From positions 1 through 42,519 of the forward strand of contig CBDVCD010000001.1 of the NCBI GenBank assembly GCA_965372385.1: a stretch of 42,519 nucleotides of DNA, read 5' to 3'. The DNA comes from an uncultured Gammaproteobacteria bacterium (GTDB taxonomy: Bacteria > Pseudomonadota > Gammaproteobacteria > Chromatiales > Chromatiaceae). Below, piece after piece: positions 1-8,891 of the stretch. How positions within the stretch are numbered: the stretch's first letter is position 1; each line of letters begins with the position of its first letter. The position numbers were made by a program, and so were the translations under genes. The notes below the pieces were generated by a model, which saw only the letters and a list, made by a program, of their open reading frames with translations, searched no databases and was not told where the DNA came from.

Positions 1-833
1 ATACCCACCACGGAGCTATTGGCAAGCTCCTCCACTCTTCTGGGAGGATACCCCAGTTCCCCATAGGGAATATAGGGGTCCGTAGTGTTGTGGCACTCAT
101 CACAGGCAACAGGCTCTTTACTGAGATTTTTATGAATGATTTCATTCATCTGTGATTTTTGCTGTGTGCTAAGTTTGTTCTCTTCCTCCAGATAACGATC
201 GACGAACTCTTTATTTTCAACCCCATTGATAAAATCAAAAATATTTTCCTCGAACTGGCCAGGAGCAATCTTTGCACCATAGTTGCCATAGGCAGGGTAA
301 TAGGATCTGTCACCTACCGCATGCTTACCTTCAATCTCGACCAGCGAAACTGGATTGACCGTCTGCTGCCCTGTCTTTTTGTCATACCAGCGAAACGAGT
401 ATTTGGACAGCTTGTCTTTAGCCGCAATATGACAGGTTTGACATGCGGTATAGAATGCATGCATGTTTAAAAAACTACGCGTTTCCTTGTCTTTATTATG
501 CGGTATATCGCCATGGCAGATTATGCAGGTACTGGCTCTATCCTCATCCATCTCAAAACCTATGTGATGAAAGCGACCCGCGATATAGGGCTGCTCTATG
601 ACGCGGTAGCCCAAATCGGTTTTTTTGGTTTCTCCTTTATCGGCTAGCAGTTTAATAAAGAGCCTCTCTTCATCAGTACCCGCTTGACCCAGTTCCATCA
701 AGGAGGCCCCCGCCTCTTCCTTACCTTCAAAACCGAATATCAGCGGATACATGAAAACGCCATACCAGACGGTAAAGGCCATCAATAAAATAACATAGGC
801 CTTGAATACCAGAGATTTAAGGGTCTTCACCAT
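1..833 (-). CDS. multihaem c-type cytochrome with N-terminal membrane anchor (partial; 3' end runs off the window)
   Basis: Absent from the ORF track because it has no stop inside the window. My minus-strand translation from ATG 833 gives MVKTLKSLVFKAYVILLMAFTVWYGVF (a TM helix), then the haem motifs CIICH, CQTCH and CDECH. The ATG overlaps the stop of the upstream gene (ATGGTGA, 827-833), suggesting translational coupling. Confidence 0.75.
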   Translation of the reverse strand, partial: MVKTLKSLVFKAYVILLMAFTVWYGVFMYPLIFGFEGKEEAGASLMELGQAGTDEERLFIKLLADKGETKKTDLGYRVIEQPYIAGRFHHIGFEMDEDRASTCIICHGDIPHNKDKETRSFLNMHAFYTACQTCHIAAKDKLSKYSFRWYDKKTGQQTVNPVSLVEIEGKHAVGDRSYYPAYGNYGAKIAPGQFEENIFDFINGVENKEFVDRYLEEENKLSTQQKSQMNEIIHKNLSKEPVACDECHNTTDPYIPYGELGYPPRRVEELANSSVVG

Positions 834-1642
834 TCGTAATTCTCCCCGGCAAAGCTCTGAGGCTTGATTTCGTCTTCTAATCCATTTTCGATCATGACCC
901 GAACATAATCGGCGTAGTGCTCATGCACCATGTCATGTTCATTGAGATAACCCGTTATCCATACTGTCGCCGAAGGAAACTTCTCGGGGGCGTAGTGCAC
1001 ATTGTACCAATGCACAAAAAATAGAAATAACACCGCCAGCAATGCCTCATCGGTGTGCATGATGTAGAACGCATTCAAGGCAAAACCCGGGAGTATTTGT
1101 GAAAACTCATCCCGCCACCACAAGGCAAAACCCGCGGGTCCAAGGATGGGGATACCCCAGTATGGCGCAAAGTAGTCGAACTTTTCCCTCCATGACATCC
1201 GGTCATGTCTTGGCGGACGATTGGTGAAATAGAGCAGATATTTCCAGATCTGCACGATATCTTCCCAATCCTTTTTATTCGGCACCATTTCGAGGGACAA
1301 CAATGCCTTAGTAGCACTACCGACGGTAAGCCTATTTTCTCGCTTTAATTTAACCAGATGCTTAGTGTAAAAAATATAGATCCAATAAAACGTGTGGTAG
1401 AAGAATAACAGCATAAGCACCGTACCCGCGGCCCGATGAATCAATGGCGCGATTTCTGTCCCGCCCATAAAATCATACAGGGGTTTCGCCCAAGCCTCTT
1501 CCGCATGCCTTAAAGGAAACCCTGTCACCGCAAGGAGAATGATCGTGATGAACAGCACCACATGCTGTACCCGCTGGTGCGCGGAAAAGCGATAGAAGAA
1601 ACGCTTTCCAGCCTTATAGATTATGGGTTCGTATGTTCTCAT
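827..1642 (-). CDS. membrane b-type cytochrome (FdnI/HydC-like di-haem cytochrome b family)
   Basis: 271 aa with several hydrophobic helices carrying conserved His (HQRVQHVVLF, LIHRAAG, FFYHTF, FFVHWYNVHY). It sits between two multihaem cytochrome c genes. Confidence 0.65.
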   Translation of the reverse strand: MRTYEPIIYKAGKRFFYRFSAHQRVQHVVLFITIILLAVTGFPLRHAEEAWAKPLYDFMGGTEIAPLIHRAAGTVLMLLFFYHTFYWIYIFYTKHLVKLKRENRLTVGSATKALLSLEMVPNKKDWEDIVQIWKYLLYFTNRPPRHDRMSWREKFDYFAPYWGIPILGPAGFALWWRDEFSQILPGFALNAFYIMHTDEALLAVLFLFFVHWYNVHYAPEKFPSATVWITGYLNEHDMVHEHYADYVRVMIENGLEDEIKPQSFAGENYEW

Positions 1643-1654
1643 TTTATTACCCTT

Positions 1655-2767
1655 TTACCGATCGTCCGAGCGAGATTCTGTCTTTATTTCCCTTATGATT
1701 TCATCGTAGTCATCTACGTGCTTTTCTTTGAAAAATGCAAAGGTTGGGAACAGCCTGCGCATCAACTCCAGGAATATCAGGGCCAGGAAGAAATACAGAA
1801 CAAATGCCATGAGGGCCTTGAAACCTATCAGCATGTAAAACTGCATCGGGTATTTTTCTCTGTCGTAGGTGACATGCGTCTGGAAACTTGCCAGCATGGG
1901 CCCAGCCTGCTCGTGACACTCTGACGTTCTACAAGTGGTTGCTACGTTATTTTCATGCACAGAGGATGTATTGACATCTTTCGCTTCGATTAAGTGGGAG
2001 TTCTCACCCTCTACAATATGGCAATCGATACAGTCCGGCATGCGCTCGGAACCCAATGTGATCAACTTGCCATGGAAGGTTTCTTTATAGGATGTAACAA
2101 CATCATCCAGGTTATGTCTTTCCCTGAAGCCTTTGTCCTGATGGCATTTCGCGCAAACCTCTATGGTCTCCAACGGGAACCGGGTTTTGTGCAGACGAGT
2201 TGTAATGTGCTCATAAAAGTCTTCCGCGAAGGCACCGCTTGTATGACAGCTTTTGCATCGACTGATTGCGCGTTTTGAAACACCCGCAATTTTCTCGCCT
2301 TTGTAGATGGAAAAAGGTCTGTACACGGGTTGGTCGTGACAGCTTTTACAGTCTGGATAATCCTCCTCATGCTCCTTGGGCAAGCCATTTTCATCCAGTC
2401 GACCATGGACACTCTTAGCCAGGGTCTGCGCTACCGCTTTATGGGAAAAGTTGGTTTGTCCTGACGGCTCGACAATATGGCACTCCTGGGTACAATCGAC
2501 CTTTTTCGCGGGCTCATGGGGGATCTGGTCAATGTCGGCATGACAATCCTTGCAGTCGACCCGTCTATGCGGGCCGCTGTTGAACAGCTCCTCATTGATA
2601 TAGAAGAGTCTGAATTGGCCATTTTCATCGATACGGCTCAAGCCTCTGTGTTTATGACAGAGTACGCAGTTCATCTCATCATCTGAGTAGACCGAAGCAG
2701 GCAGGACAAAGAGGAAAATTGCAGTCAACGCAAAAAGAAGATAACTGGTTGCCTGAGGTTTTTTCAT
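1655..2767 (-). CDS. multihaem c-type cytochrome (6 CXXCH plus CX3CH and CX4CH) with signal peptide and C-terminal TM helix
   Basis: Motifs seen: CVLCH, CKDCH, CTQECH, CKSCH, CKSCH, CAKCH, CIDCH, CRTSECH. I prefer ATG 2767 (MKKPQATSYLLFALTAIFLFVLPA) because AGGAAG lies 5 nt upstream; the track start is 2824. The C-terminal hydrophobic segment is YMLIGFKALMAFVLYFFLALIFL. Confidence 0.8.
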   Translation of the reverse strand: MKKPQATSYLLFALTAIFLFVLPASVYSDDEMNCVLCHKHRGLSRIDENGQFRLFYINEELFNSGPHRRVDCKDCHADIDQIPHEPAKKVDCTQECHIVEPSGQTNFSHKAVAQTLAKSVHGRLDENGLPKEHEEDYPDCKSCHDQPVYRPFSIYKGEKIAGVSKRAISRCKSCHTSGAFAEDFYEHITTRLHKTRFPLETIEVCAKCHQDKGFRERHNLDDVVTSYKETFHGKLITLGSERMPDCIDCHIVEGENSHLIEAKDVNTSSVHENNVATTCRTSECHEQAGPMLASFQTHVTYDREKYPMQFYMLIGFKALMAFVLYFFLALIFLELMRRLFPTFAFFKEKHVDDYDEIIREIKTESRSDDR

Positions 2768-3289
2768 TTTTCTTCCTGTGAATCGTGAATAATCCAGTCT
2801 TATCAAACTATGATTATTTGTCATTCATTGGCTATAACGACTTTCATCTGCTCGTAGAATCAAACGTAGCTTAAGTCTACGCATGATTATACAGCCTGCA
2901 CATTAAATCAGGGATGCGATACGCGGTAAGCGTAGAAATAGAGAATGCACGATTCTGTCGATACTGCGACTCAAACTCCAAGCGCAGTAAGTAGATACTG
3001 AATTTCAAAGCGCTCCTCACCCCAAATTTTTATTATTAGGCATCTGCCCACCATCCCGACAAAACCTCATACCATTAGCAGTCAGTCAATGGATACAAGG
3101 CTAGGATTTTCTTTCTTTGCAAGTTTGCATCGTCCAGGCCACATCGTCAACCCAAATTATTTTATTCCTTGGCTGTAAATGTCATTTCAATGGGTTAAGT
3201 CAATTGCAGGTTCACTATATTTTAGACAAACATGAGGATTACGATCCGATACAATACTTTATCAGGATCTGTCATTAATACTTTTGTAC

Positions 3290-3368
3290 TAGTGCTCCGT
3301 CAAGGTTGTATTGATGGCTTCAGCGTTACTGTGGTGTTTCGCAACAAGACAACCTTGCCGGAGTACTA
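3290..3368. repeat. 79-bp hairpin element with 20-bp inverted arms (18/20), overlapping the stop codon of the 3366-3629 gene
   Basis: Left arm tagtgctccgtcaaggttgt (3290-3309), right arm acaaccttgccggagtacta (3349-3368). The first 28 nt recur at 11245-11272 (27/28). Confidence 0.7.
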
Positions 3369-3629
3369 AAACGAACCATAGAGCTCCTCACTGTTTAAAT
3401 TGGTCCAATCCCCTTGTTCAAAATAACCCGGAGAAAATGATTTTTGTCCAAACGGATGGCTGCTATCTCCAATAACGGGTTGTTGTGCGGTTGCGGGCTG
3501 ATAGCCTGAATCGTCTTTCACCTGCTGTTTAACGTCTGAATCCGTTTCGCTCCATACGCCTCCTTTCCAATCTGCATACGCACTACCAGCGAAAAACAGT
3601 AAAACCACGATAGTCAGTACCTTTTTCAT
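3366..3629 (-). CDS. small secreted hypothetical protein
   Basis: ATG 3629 is preceded by AAGAGGA. The signal peptide is MKKVLTIVVLLFFAGSAYA. No recognisable family. Confidence 0.5.
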   Translation of the reverse strand: MKKVLTIVVLLFFAGSAYADWKGGVWSETDSDVKQQVKDDSGYQPATAQQPVIGDSSHPFGQKSFSPGYFEQGDWTNLNSEELYGSF

Positions 3630-3730
3630 GATCGTCATCCTCTTGGTATAGAAATTAAGAAGGCAGATTTTTCTCCACCTTTCCATCACTAATACGCATC
3701 ACGGTGACTATTGGTTTCACCCATGATGGA

Positions 3731-4840
3731 TCACTCATAGCCCGCCATCTCCAGATAACCCCGTCCCAGTACCGCTCCATTCACCTCGTCGCTGACCTCA
3801 ACCGCACCCTCCCAGTAGCGCACGCTGAGATGCATCTCCTGATCGGCAAGCAGGGCTCGAATGCGCCAGGGATGGGCTTCATCCTGCAGCCGAAGCTGCC
3901 ACTCGATGGGATAGCGTCTTGCATCAGACCCCCAATATTTCAACGGGGTAAGCGTGACAAGACTGGAATCTAAATGTATCCGCACACCCTCACTGTCACT
4001 TACGGAACCGGCACTGTGGGAGTCTGTGGCGCCATCTTTGCGCCGCAGTTGGTAGTACATCAGATTGCGCCCATCCTGCAAATGCAAAGAAAACCAGTCC
4101 CAGCCTGTCTGATCGGGGCCAAGAACGCTGGTGCTCCACTCCCGGTCGAACCAGGCCAGACCGCTGACTGGCAGGCTCTCGCCCTGGATCTTCAGGCGGC
4201 CATGAGCCCGTAGACGTGGGATCGAGTAGTAGTAAGAGGCGTTACCGGACTCTGCGCTTTTCTGGCTCAGCCCTGCGTTGCCCTGGAGGATGATGGGGCT
4301 GATCGGAGCAAGTTCAAGGGTCAGATCGAAGCCCTCGGCGGGTAGCCGCAGTCGCCAGTTTTGTTCTCCTTCATCTTCCCACAACTGCCAATCCTCCAGC
4401 CAGACCTTGAAGGGCAGGGCGGTTGCGCCCGCCAGCCCAATACCCTGACGGGCGAAGCGTTCATCGGCCAGGTGTTGACCCGCGGAAAGATCGCTGAGGG
4501 CGGCATGGGCCATCCAGATCTGATGGGTGCGCCAAGCGGATGGACTGTCGATGGACTCCGGCTGCAGGGCAATGCGGAAGAAGGTGACCTGGAAGCCGAA
4601 GGCACGCCCATCTTCGCCCCGCAGATTGCCGGTGATATACCACCACTCGTTGCGGTAGGCCGGATGGGGGCCGTGGTCCTGGGGAAAACTGAAGGGGCGC
4701 ACTTGTGTGGCGCGGGCGAAGCCCTCCAGATCACCATCGCCCAGGGCATCGGTCACCTGGAACTCATCGGGCTCTGGCATGGGCTGGCCGCAGCCAATCA
4801 GCAGCAGGATGAGCAGGAGTAGTGGAGACCAGTGCATCAT
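3731..4840 (-). CDS. AttH/CrtC-like (hydroxyneurosporene-synthase fold) lipoprotein, partner of the FtsX ABC transporter
   Basis: Lipobox LLLIGC, and the motif DHGPHPAYRNEWWYITGNL...FGFQVTFFR typical of AttH-like proteins. Same strand, directly downstream of the permease and ATPase. Confidence 0.7.
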   Translation of the reverse strand: MMHWSPLLLLILLLIGCGQPMPEPDEFQVTDALGDGDLEGFARATQVRPFSFPQDHGPHPAYRNEWWYITGNLRGEDGRAFGFQVTFFRIALQPESIDSPSAWRTHQIWMAHAALSDLSAGQHLADERFARQGIGLAGATALPFKVWLEDWQLWEDEGEQNWRLRLPAEGFDLTLELAPISPIILQGNAGLSQKSAESGNASYYYSIPRLRAHGRLKIQGESLPVSGLAWFDREWSTSVLGPDQTGWDWFSLHLQDGRNLMYYQLRRKDGATDSHSAGSVSDSEGVRIHLDSSLVTLTPLKYWGSDARRYPIEWQLRLQDEAHPWRIRALLADQEMHLSVRYWEGAVEVSDEVNGAVLGRGYLEMAGYE

Positions 4841-4841
4841 C

Positions 4842-4963
4842 CTAGAATCTGCAGTTGGACGGGGTAGCGTGATTCACCCAGTAGACGTGTCGGTCTATCG
4901 AACAAAATACACATGAATTCAACTCGTTAATAGTAGAATGGAGTGGTCAACTGCAGAATCTAG
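4842..4963. mobile_element. 122-bp MITE/ERIC-like palindromic element (family A, 'gcag' subtype) in the permease-attH spacer
   Basis: TIRs are ctagaatctgcagttggac and ggtcaactgcagaatctag (16/19). It is flanked by catcatc and gatcaac. A 60-bp short form lies at 32481-32540. Confidence 0.7.
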
Positions 4964-4970
4964 GATCAAC

Positions 4971-7484
4971 CTACTCCTCCCGCAAAGCCAGGGCCGGCTG
5001 TACCCGGCCCATACGCCAGGCGGGATAGAGCCCAGCCAACAGGGCGGCGCTGAGCGCCAGCAACAGGGCCTCGATTATTGCGCCGGGTGGCAACAGGGTT
5101 GTGATGCTCCAGCCGAAGGAGCGCCGGTTGATCACCTCGATCAGCACCACCGACATCAGCCAGCCCAGGGGCAGGGAGAGTATCCCCGCATAGAGCCCCA
5201 TCAGGCCGGTCTGCAGCAGGGTCAACAGGGTTAGCTGGCCCGGGGTGACGCCGGTGGCGCGCAGCACAGCCTGCTCCCGGGTACGCTCGAGCTGCAGCGC
5301 CATCAGGGCGCTGAGCACCCCGACGAAGGCGACGCCGATCACCAGCAGGCGCAATACCTGAGTGATGGCGAAGGTACGGTCGAAGACCTCCATGGAGTGC
5401 TCGCGGATCTCCCGGTTGGAGCGGATCTGCACCTCCTGCTCCAGGCTGTTCAGCGTCTTGCGTATCGCCTCGATGGCGCTTGCTGTCTCCACTCCCGGTT
5501 GCAGAAACACCCCCAGGGTGGAAAAACCTTTGTCCCCCCACAGCCGGGCATAGGTCGCATGGTCCAGATTGATCACGCCCTGGTCGGAGCCATAGTCGTA
5601 AAACACCCCGCCAATTGGCAGACTCACAGGTCCCTGTGGAGTATGCAGCAGCAGCTCGTCCCCGGTCCTCAGCCGGTGCCTGTAGGCATAGGGCTCGGAG
5701 ATCAACACCACCTCTCCCTTGCGATAACGGGACCAGATATCCGCAACAGGAGAATCAACAAAACCAAAGCCCTTATGGCTCTTAGAGCCCATGTCGATGG
5801 CCATCAGATCCACCGGGCCATACTCGCTGATGACCCGGGTTCGCCGGCCTCCACTGGTCTCCGCCACCCCTGGCACGGACTGAATCAGGGTTCGGGTGGA
5901 GGTCAGCAGGGTGCCATCCGAACCGTTCAAGCGGCTGGAGAGGGCGGAGACATAGATATCGCTGCGCAGGGTATGGCCCAACCAATCCTCCACGGTGGCG
6001 CGGAAACTGGTGATCATGATGCTGACCCCCAGGGTGGTTGCCACCGCCACGCTGAGGGCGGCGATGGAGAGCCCGGTGCGACTCAGGTTGGCGCCGATGC
6101 CACGCAGGGCAAAGCGTGCCAGCAGGCTGCCACGCCCGGCCAGATTGCTGCTGAGCCGGCTTATCAGCACCACCGCCAGAGGCATCAGCAGGCTGTAACC
6201 GGCGATAATCAGGAACAGGCCGGCAAAGCCGCCGGTAAGGCCATTCTCTTCCTGTCTCACCAGCAGCAGTCCGCTCAGCAGGGCGGTTAACCCCAGCAGC
6301 CCCACCCAGGGCAGCCCCCGGTGGACCCGCTGTTCCAGCAGGGAGCGGCGCAGGGCGCTGACCGGGACGGTGCCGGCGGCCTCGATGGCAGGCGCCAGCG
6401 CCGCCAGCAGGGTGATGCCGAGACCGATCAGGATACCCTTGAGCAGCAGCAAGGGCTCCAGCATCAGCTGGGTGACCGTGAGCACAAAGTAGAGATCGTT
6501 GATGGTGCGGGTGACCAGTTGCACCAGGTAGTGGGCGGTAAACACCCCCAACGCCAGCCCCAGGGCAGTACCAATCAGGCCGAGTAGAAAGGCCTCCAGC
6601 AACAGCAGTTGGAACAGGGCCTGGCGGGTGACGCCGAGCAGGCGCAGGGTGGCCAGCAACTGACGGCGGCGCAGCACCGAGAAGGTCATGGTGTTGTAGA
6701 TCAGAAAGGCCCCCACCAGCAGCGCCAGCAGACTCATGGCAGCCAGGTTGGTCTGAAAGGCCTCGATCATCTCAGACATAATCCGGGTGCGGGATTCCGG
6801 CACCTCCAGGCGCAGCCCGGGCGGCAGCTCTTCGGCCAGCCGTTGCGCCTGTTCCGGCTGCAGGATCAGATCGATGCGGTCGAGCCAGCCGGTGTGTTCC
6901 AACAGCTCCTGGGCGGTGCTGATATCGGCCAGCAGCAACCCCTCCAGCACTGCGGGGTTATCCCCCTCCAGCAACCCGGCGATGCGCAGGGTGACCGGCC
7001 GTCCTGCCACGGTAACGTCAAACCTGTCGCCAGGCGTGAGCTCAAGTCGCTCGGCGGTGATGCTCGACAGCAGCACCGTGGCGGGCTCGGTAAACAGCTC
7101 CCTGACCGCCTGCGTACCCAGGCCGACACCGATCTGGCGGAAGGGTGCTTCGGCCAGGGGATCGATGCCGATCAGCTGCAGGTTCTCCACCCCCAGTTTC
7201 ACCAGCCCCTCCACCACCGGGGCGGACTGGCGCAGGCCCCGTTCGATGCGCAGCTCCCGGTAGAAAGACTCGGGAATGCCGCGATGACCGCCGAGGATCT
7301 GGTGGGTGACCCGGCCGGTGAGGGTTTCGGCGGAGAGCAGGAAGGCTTGACGGGCACTCTGATTGGCCAGGTCCACCGCCACGATTACCGTCACCCCGAG
7401 GGCGATGCCGATGATCGACAGCCAGGTCTGCCAGGGATGCCGCCGCAGATGACGCAGGGCGCTGAGCAGCAGCAGACGGTTCAC
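4971..7484 (-). CDS. ABC transporter permease, duplicated FtsX/MacB-type (837 aa)
   Basis: Two FtsX-like 4-TM modules with large extracytoplasmic loops. It overlaps the ATPase gene by 4 nt. Confidence 0.85.
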   Translation of the reverse strand: MNRLLLLSALRHLRRHPWQTWLSIIGIALGVTVIVAVDLANQSARQAFLLSAETLTGRVTHQILGGHRGIPESFYRELRIERGLRQSAPVVEGLVKLGVENLQLIGIDPLAEAPFRQIGVGLGTQAVRELFTEPATVLLSSITAERLELTPGDRFDVTVAGRPVTLRIAGLLEGDNPAVLEGLLLADISTAQELLEHTGWLDRIDLILQPEQAQRLAEELPPGLRLEVPESRTRIMSEMIEAFQTNLAAMSLLALLVGAFLIYNTMTFSVLRRRQLLATLRLLGVTRQALFQLLLLEAFLLGLIGTALGLALGVFTAHYLVQLVTRTINDLYFVLTVTQLMLEPLLLLKGILIGLGITLLAALAPAIEAAGTVPVSALRRSLLEQRVHRGLPWVGLLGLTALLSGLLLVRQEENGLTGGFAGLFLIIAGYSLLMPLAVVLISRLSSNLAGRGSLLARFALRGIGANLSRTGLSIAALSVAVATTLGVSIMITSFRATVEDWLGHTLRSDIYVSALSSRLNGSDGTLLTSTRTLIQSVPGVAETSGGRRTRVISEYGPVDLMAIDMGSKSHKGFGFVDSPVADIWSRYRKGEVVLISEPYAYRHRLRTGDELLLHTPQGPVSLPIGGVFYDYGSDQGVINLDHATYARLWGDKGFSTLGVFLQPGVETASAIEAIRKTLNSLEQEVQIRSNREIREHSMEVFDRTFAITQVLRLLVIGVAFVGVLSALMALQLERTREQAVLRATGVTPGQLTLLTLLQTGLMGLYAGILSLPLGWLMSVVLIEVINRRSFGWSITTLLPPGAIIEALLLALSAALLAGLYPAWRMGRVQPALALREE

Positions 7485-8179
7485 CAGGCCAGCTCCATAC
7501 CCTGTTCATTGAGCTGGCCATCCTGCAGGGTGAGGATGCGGTCGGCCCGGCGGGCCACCGCCAGGCTGTGGGTGACCAGCAGCAAGCTGCTGCGTTCCTC
7601 CCGCGCCAGGGCGATCATCAACTCGATTGCCTGCTCCCCGGTCGCCTGATCCAGGTTGCCGGTGGGCTCGTCGGCGAGCACCAGGGCAGGGCGGTGCACC
7701 AGGGCGCGAGCGATGGAGACCCGCTGCTGTTCACCACCTGAAAGCTGGTCAGGGAAGGCCGCGTCACGCTTACCCAAATCCACCGCGTCCAGCATCTGCG
7801 CCACCTGAAGCCTGATCTCGTCTCGCGGATGGCCGTTCAGTTCCAGGGGCAGGGCGATGTTCTCCGCCACGTTGAGGGTCGGGATCAAATTGAAGAACTG
7901 GTAGACAAACCCGATGCGACGCCGTCGGAACAGGGTCAGGGCCGGTTCCTTGAGCTTGGTGATACGCTCCCCGCCGATGAAGATCTCCCCGCTGTCCGGC
8001 CGATCGATGCCGGCGATCAGATTCAGCAGGGTCGACTTACCCGAGCCACTGCGGCCCAGCAGCGCCACGCATTCGCCAGGCAGGATCTGCATGTCCGCAT
8101 CACGGATCACCTGGTGGGTACGATCACCCTCCCGATAACCGCGGCTCAGGTTCAGAATGTGTACAGCGGTTTTATCCAT
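7481..8179 (-). CDS. ABC transporter ATP-binding protein (LolD/MacB-type)
   Basis: Walker [10 protein letters not shown], signature [15 protein letters not shown], Walker [13 protein letters not shown]. Confidence 0.9.
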   Translation of the reverse strand: MDKTAVHILNLSRGYREGDRTHQVIRDADMQILPGECVALLGRSGSGKSTLLNLIAGIDRPDSGEIFIGGERITKLKEPALTLFRRRRIGFVYQFFNLIPTLNVAENIALPLELNGHPRDEIRLQVAQMLDAVDLGKRDAAFPDQLSGGEQQRVSIARALVHRPALVLADEPTGNLDQATGEQAIELMIALAREERSSLLLVTHSLAVARRADRILTLQDGQLNEQGMELAW

Positions 8180-8319
8180 CGCGCCCGGGACTCTTTGTTG
8201 AATGCCATATTATATTGGCATGCATTATCATTCTCGACCAATCACCCTAAAACCACCGGTTTAAGCCAACAGGCTTTTTCGGCATGCTGCTCATAGGCAA
8301 TATCCTCAGGAGAACAACC

Positions 8320-8673
8320 ATGTCCGCCCCCCATATCAAGACCGCCATCCCCCTGCAACGCCACCAGATCGGCAGCTTCGTCGCCACCGTGCTCGGTGAT
8401 ATCGTTAGCGACGATCCAGTTAACTACCGCTTCATCATGGCGATAGTGGAGGATGGCAAGCAAGAGCCTGCGCTTTATGTGGCCTCGGAGCGCAACACCG
8501 GAGCCTCGACCACCGAGGGTCGCTACCGCTTGCGGGTGGTGATGGGGGAGGAGGAGAAGCTGCTGCCTCCCTCGGACGAATGGGGTGAGGTGGACAAATT
8601 CTCCCTGGCCGGCATGGGCATTATCGCCAAGCTGATGCGCCTGGAGGACGAACAGCCGGTACGCTTGATGTAA
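8320..8673 (+). CDS. hypothetical protein
   Basis: ATG 8320 has AGGAG 7 nt upstream (the track start 8284 lacks an RBS). No family recognised. Confidence 0.45.
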   Translation: MSAPHIKTAIPLQRHQIGSFVATVLGDIVSDDPVNYRFIMAIVEDGKQEPALYVASERNTGASTTEGRYRLRVVMGEEEKLLPPSDEWGEVDKFSLAGMGIIAKLMRLEDEQPVRLM

Positions 8674-8676
8674 AGC

Positions 8677-8774
8677 AATCACCTGCGTGTGAGCGCAACC
8701 GTCGGCGGGAGCGATCACGCCGTCGAGCGTACAGGGAGGTATTCATCGCGTGTTGCGAGCACACGCAGGCGATT
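8677..8774. repeat. 98-bp inverted-repeat element (23-bp arms, 20/23) just after the stop codon
   Basis: Arms are aatcacctgcgtgtgagcgcaac (8677-8699) and gttgcgagcacacgcaggcgatt (8752-8774). Confidence 0.55.
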
Positions 8775-8891
8775 ACTTTCATAATGATGAATATCATCAC
8801 GGCACTTGCACTCTGGCCTATTTAGGGTCTAATAAATCCTCAATATCAAGATGAACAGAAGGGAATTCCCCTGTCCAAGATAAGCGCCTCG

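Noticed and set aside
159-470. 103-aa plus-strand ORF at the window start
   Set aside because: It lies antisense to the minus-strand multihaem cytochrome c gene (1-833), which has clear CXXCH motifs. It has no motifs or RBS of its own.
5397-7649. Long plus-strand ORFs (5397-6290, 6609-7649, 6787-7263 and others)
   Set aside because: These are GC-rich shadow ORFs antisense to the FtsX permease gene. Their translations are low-complexity and rich in Arg, Gly, Gln and Pro.
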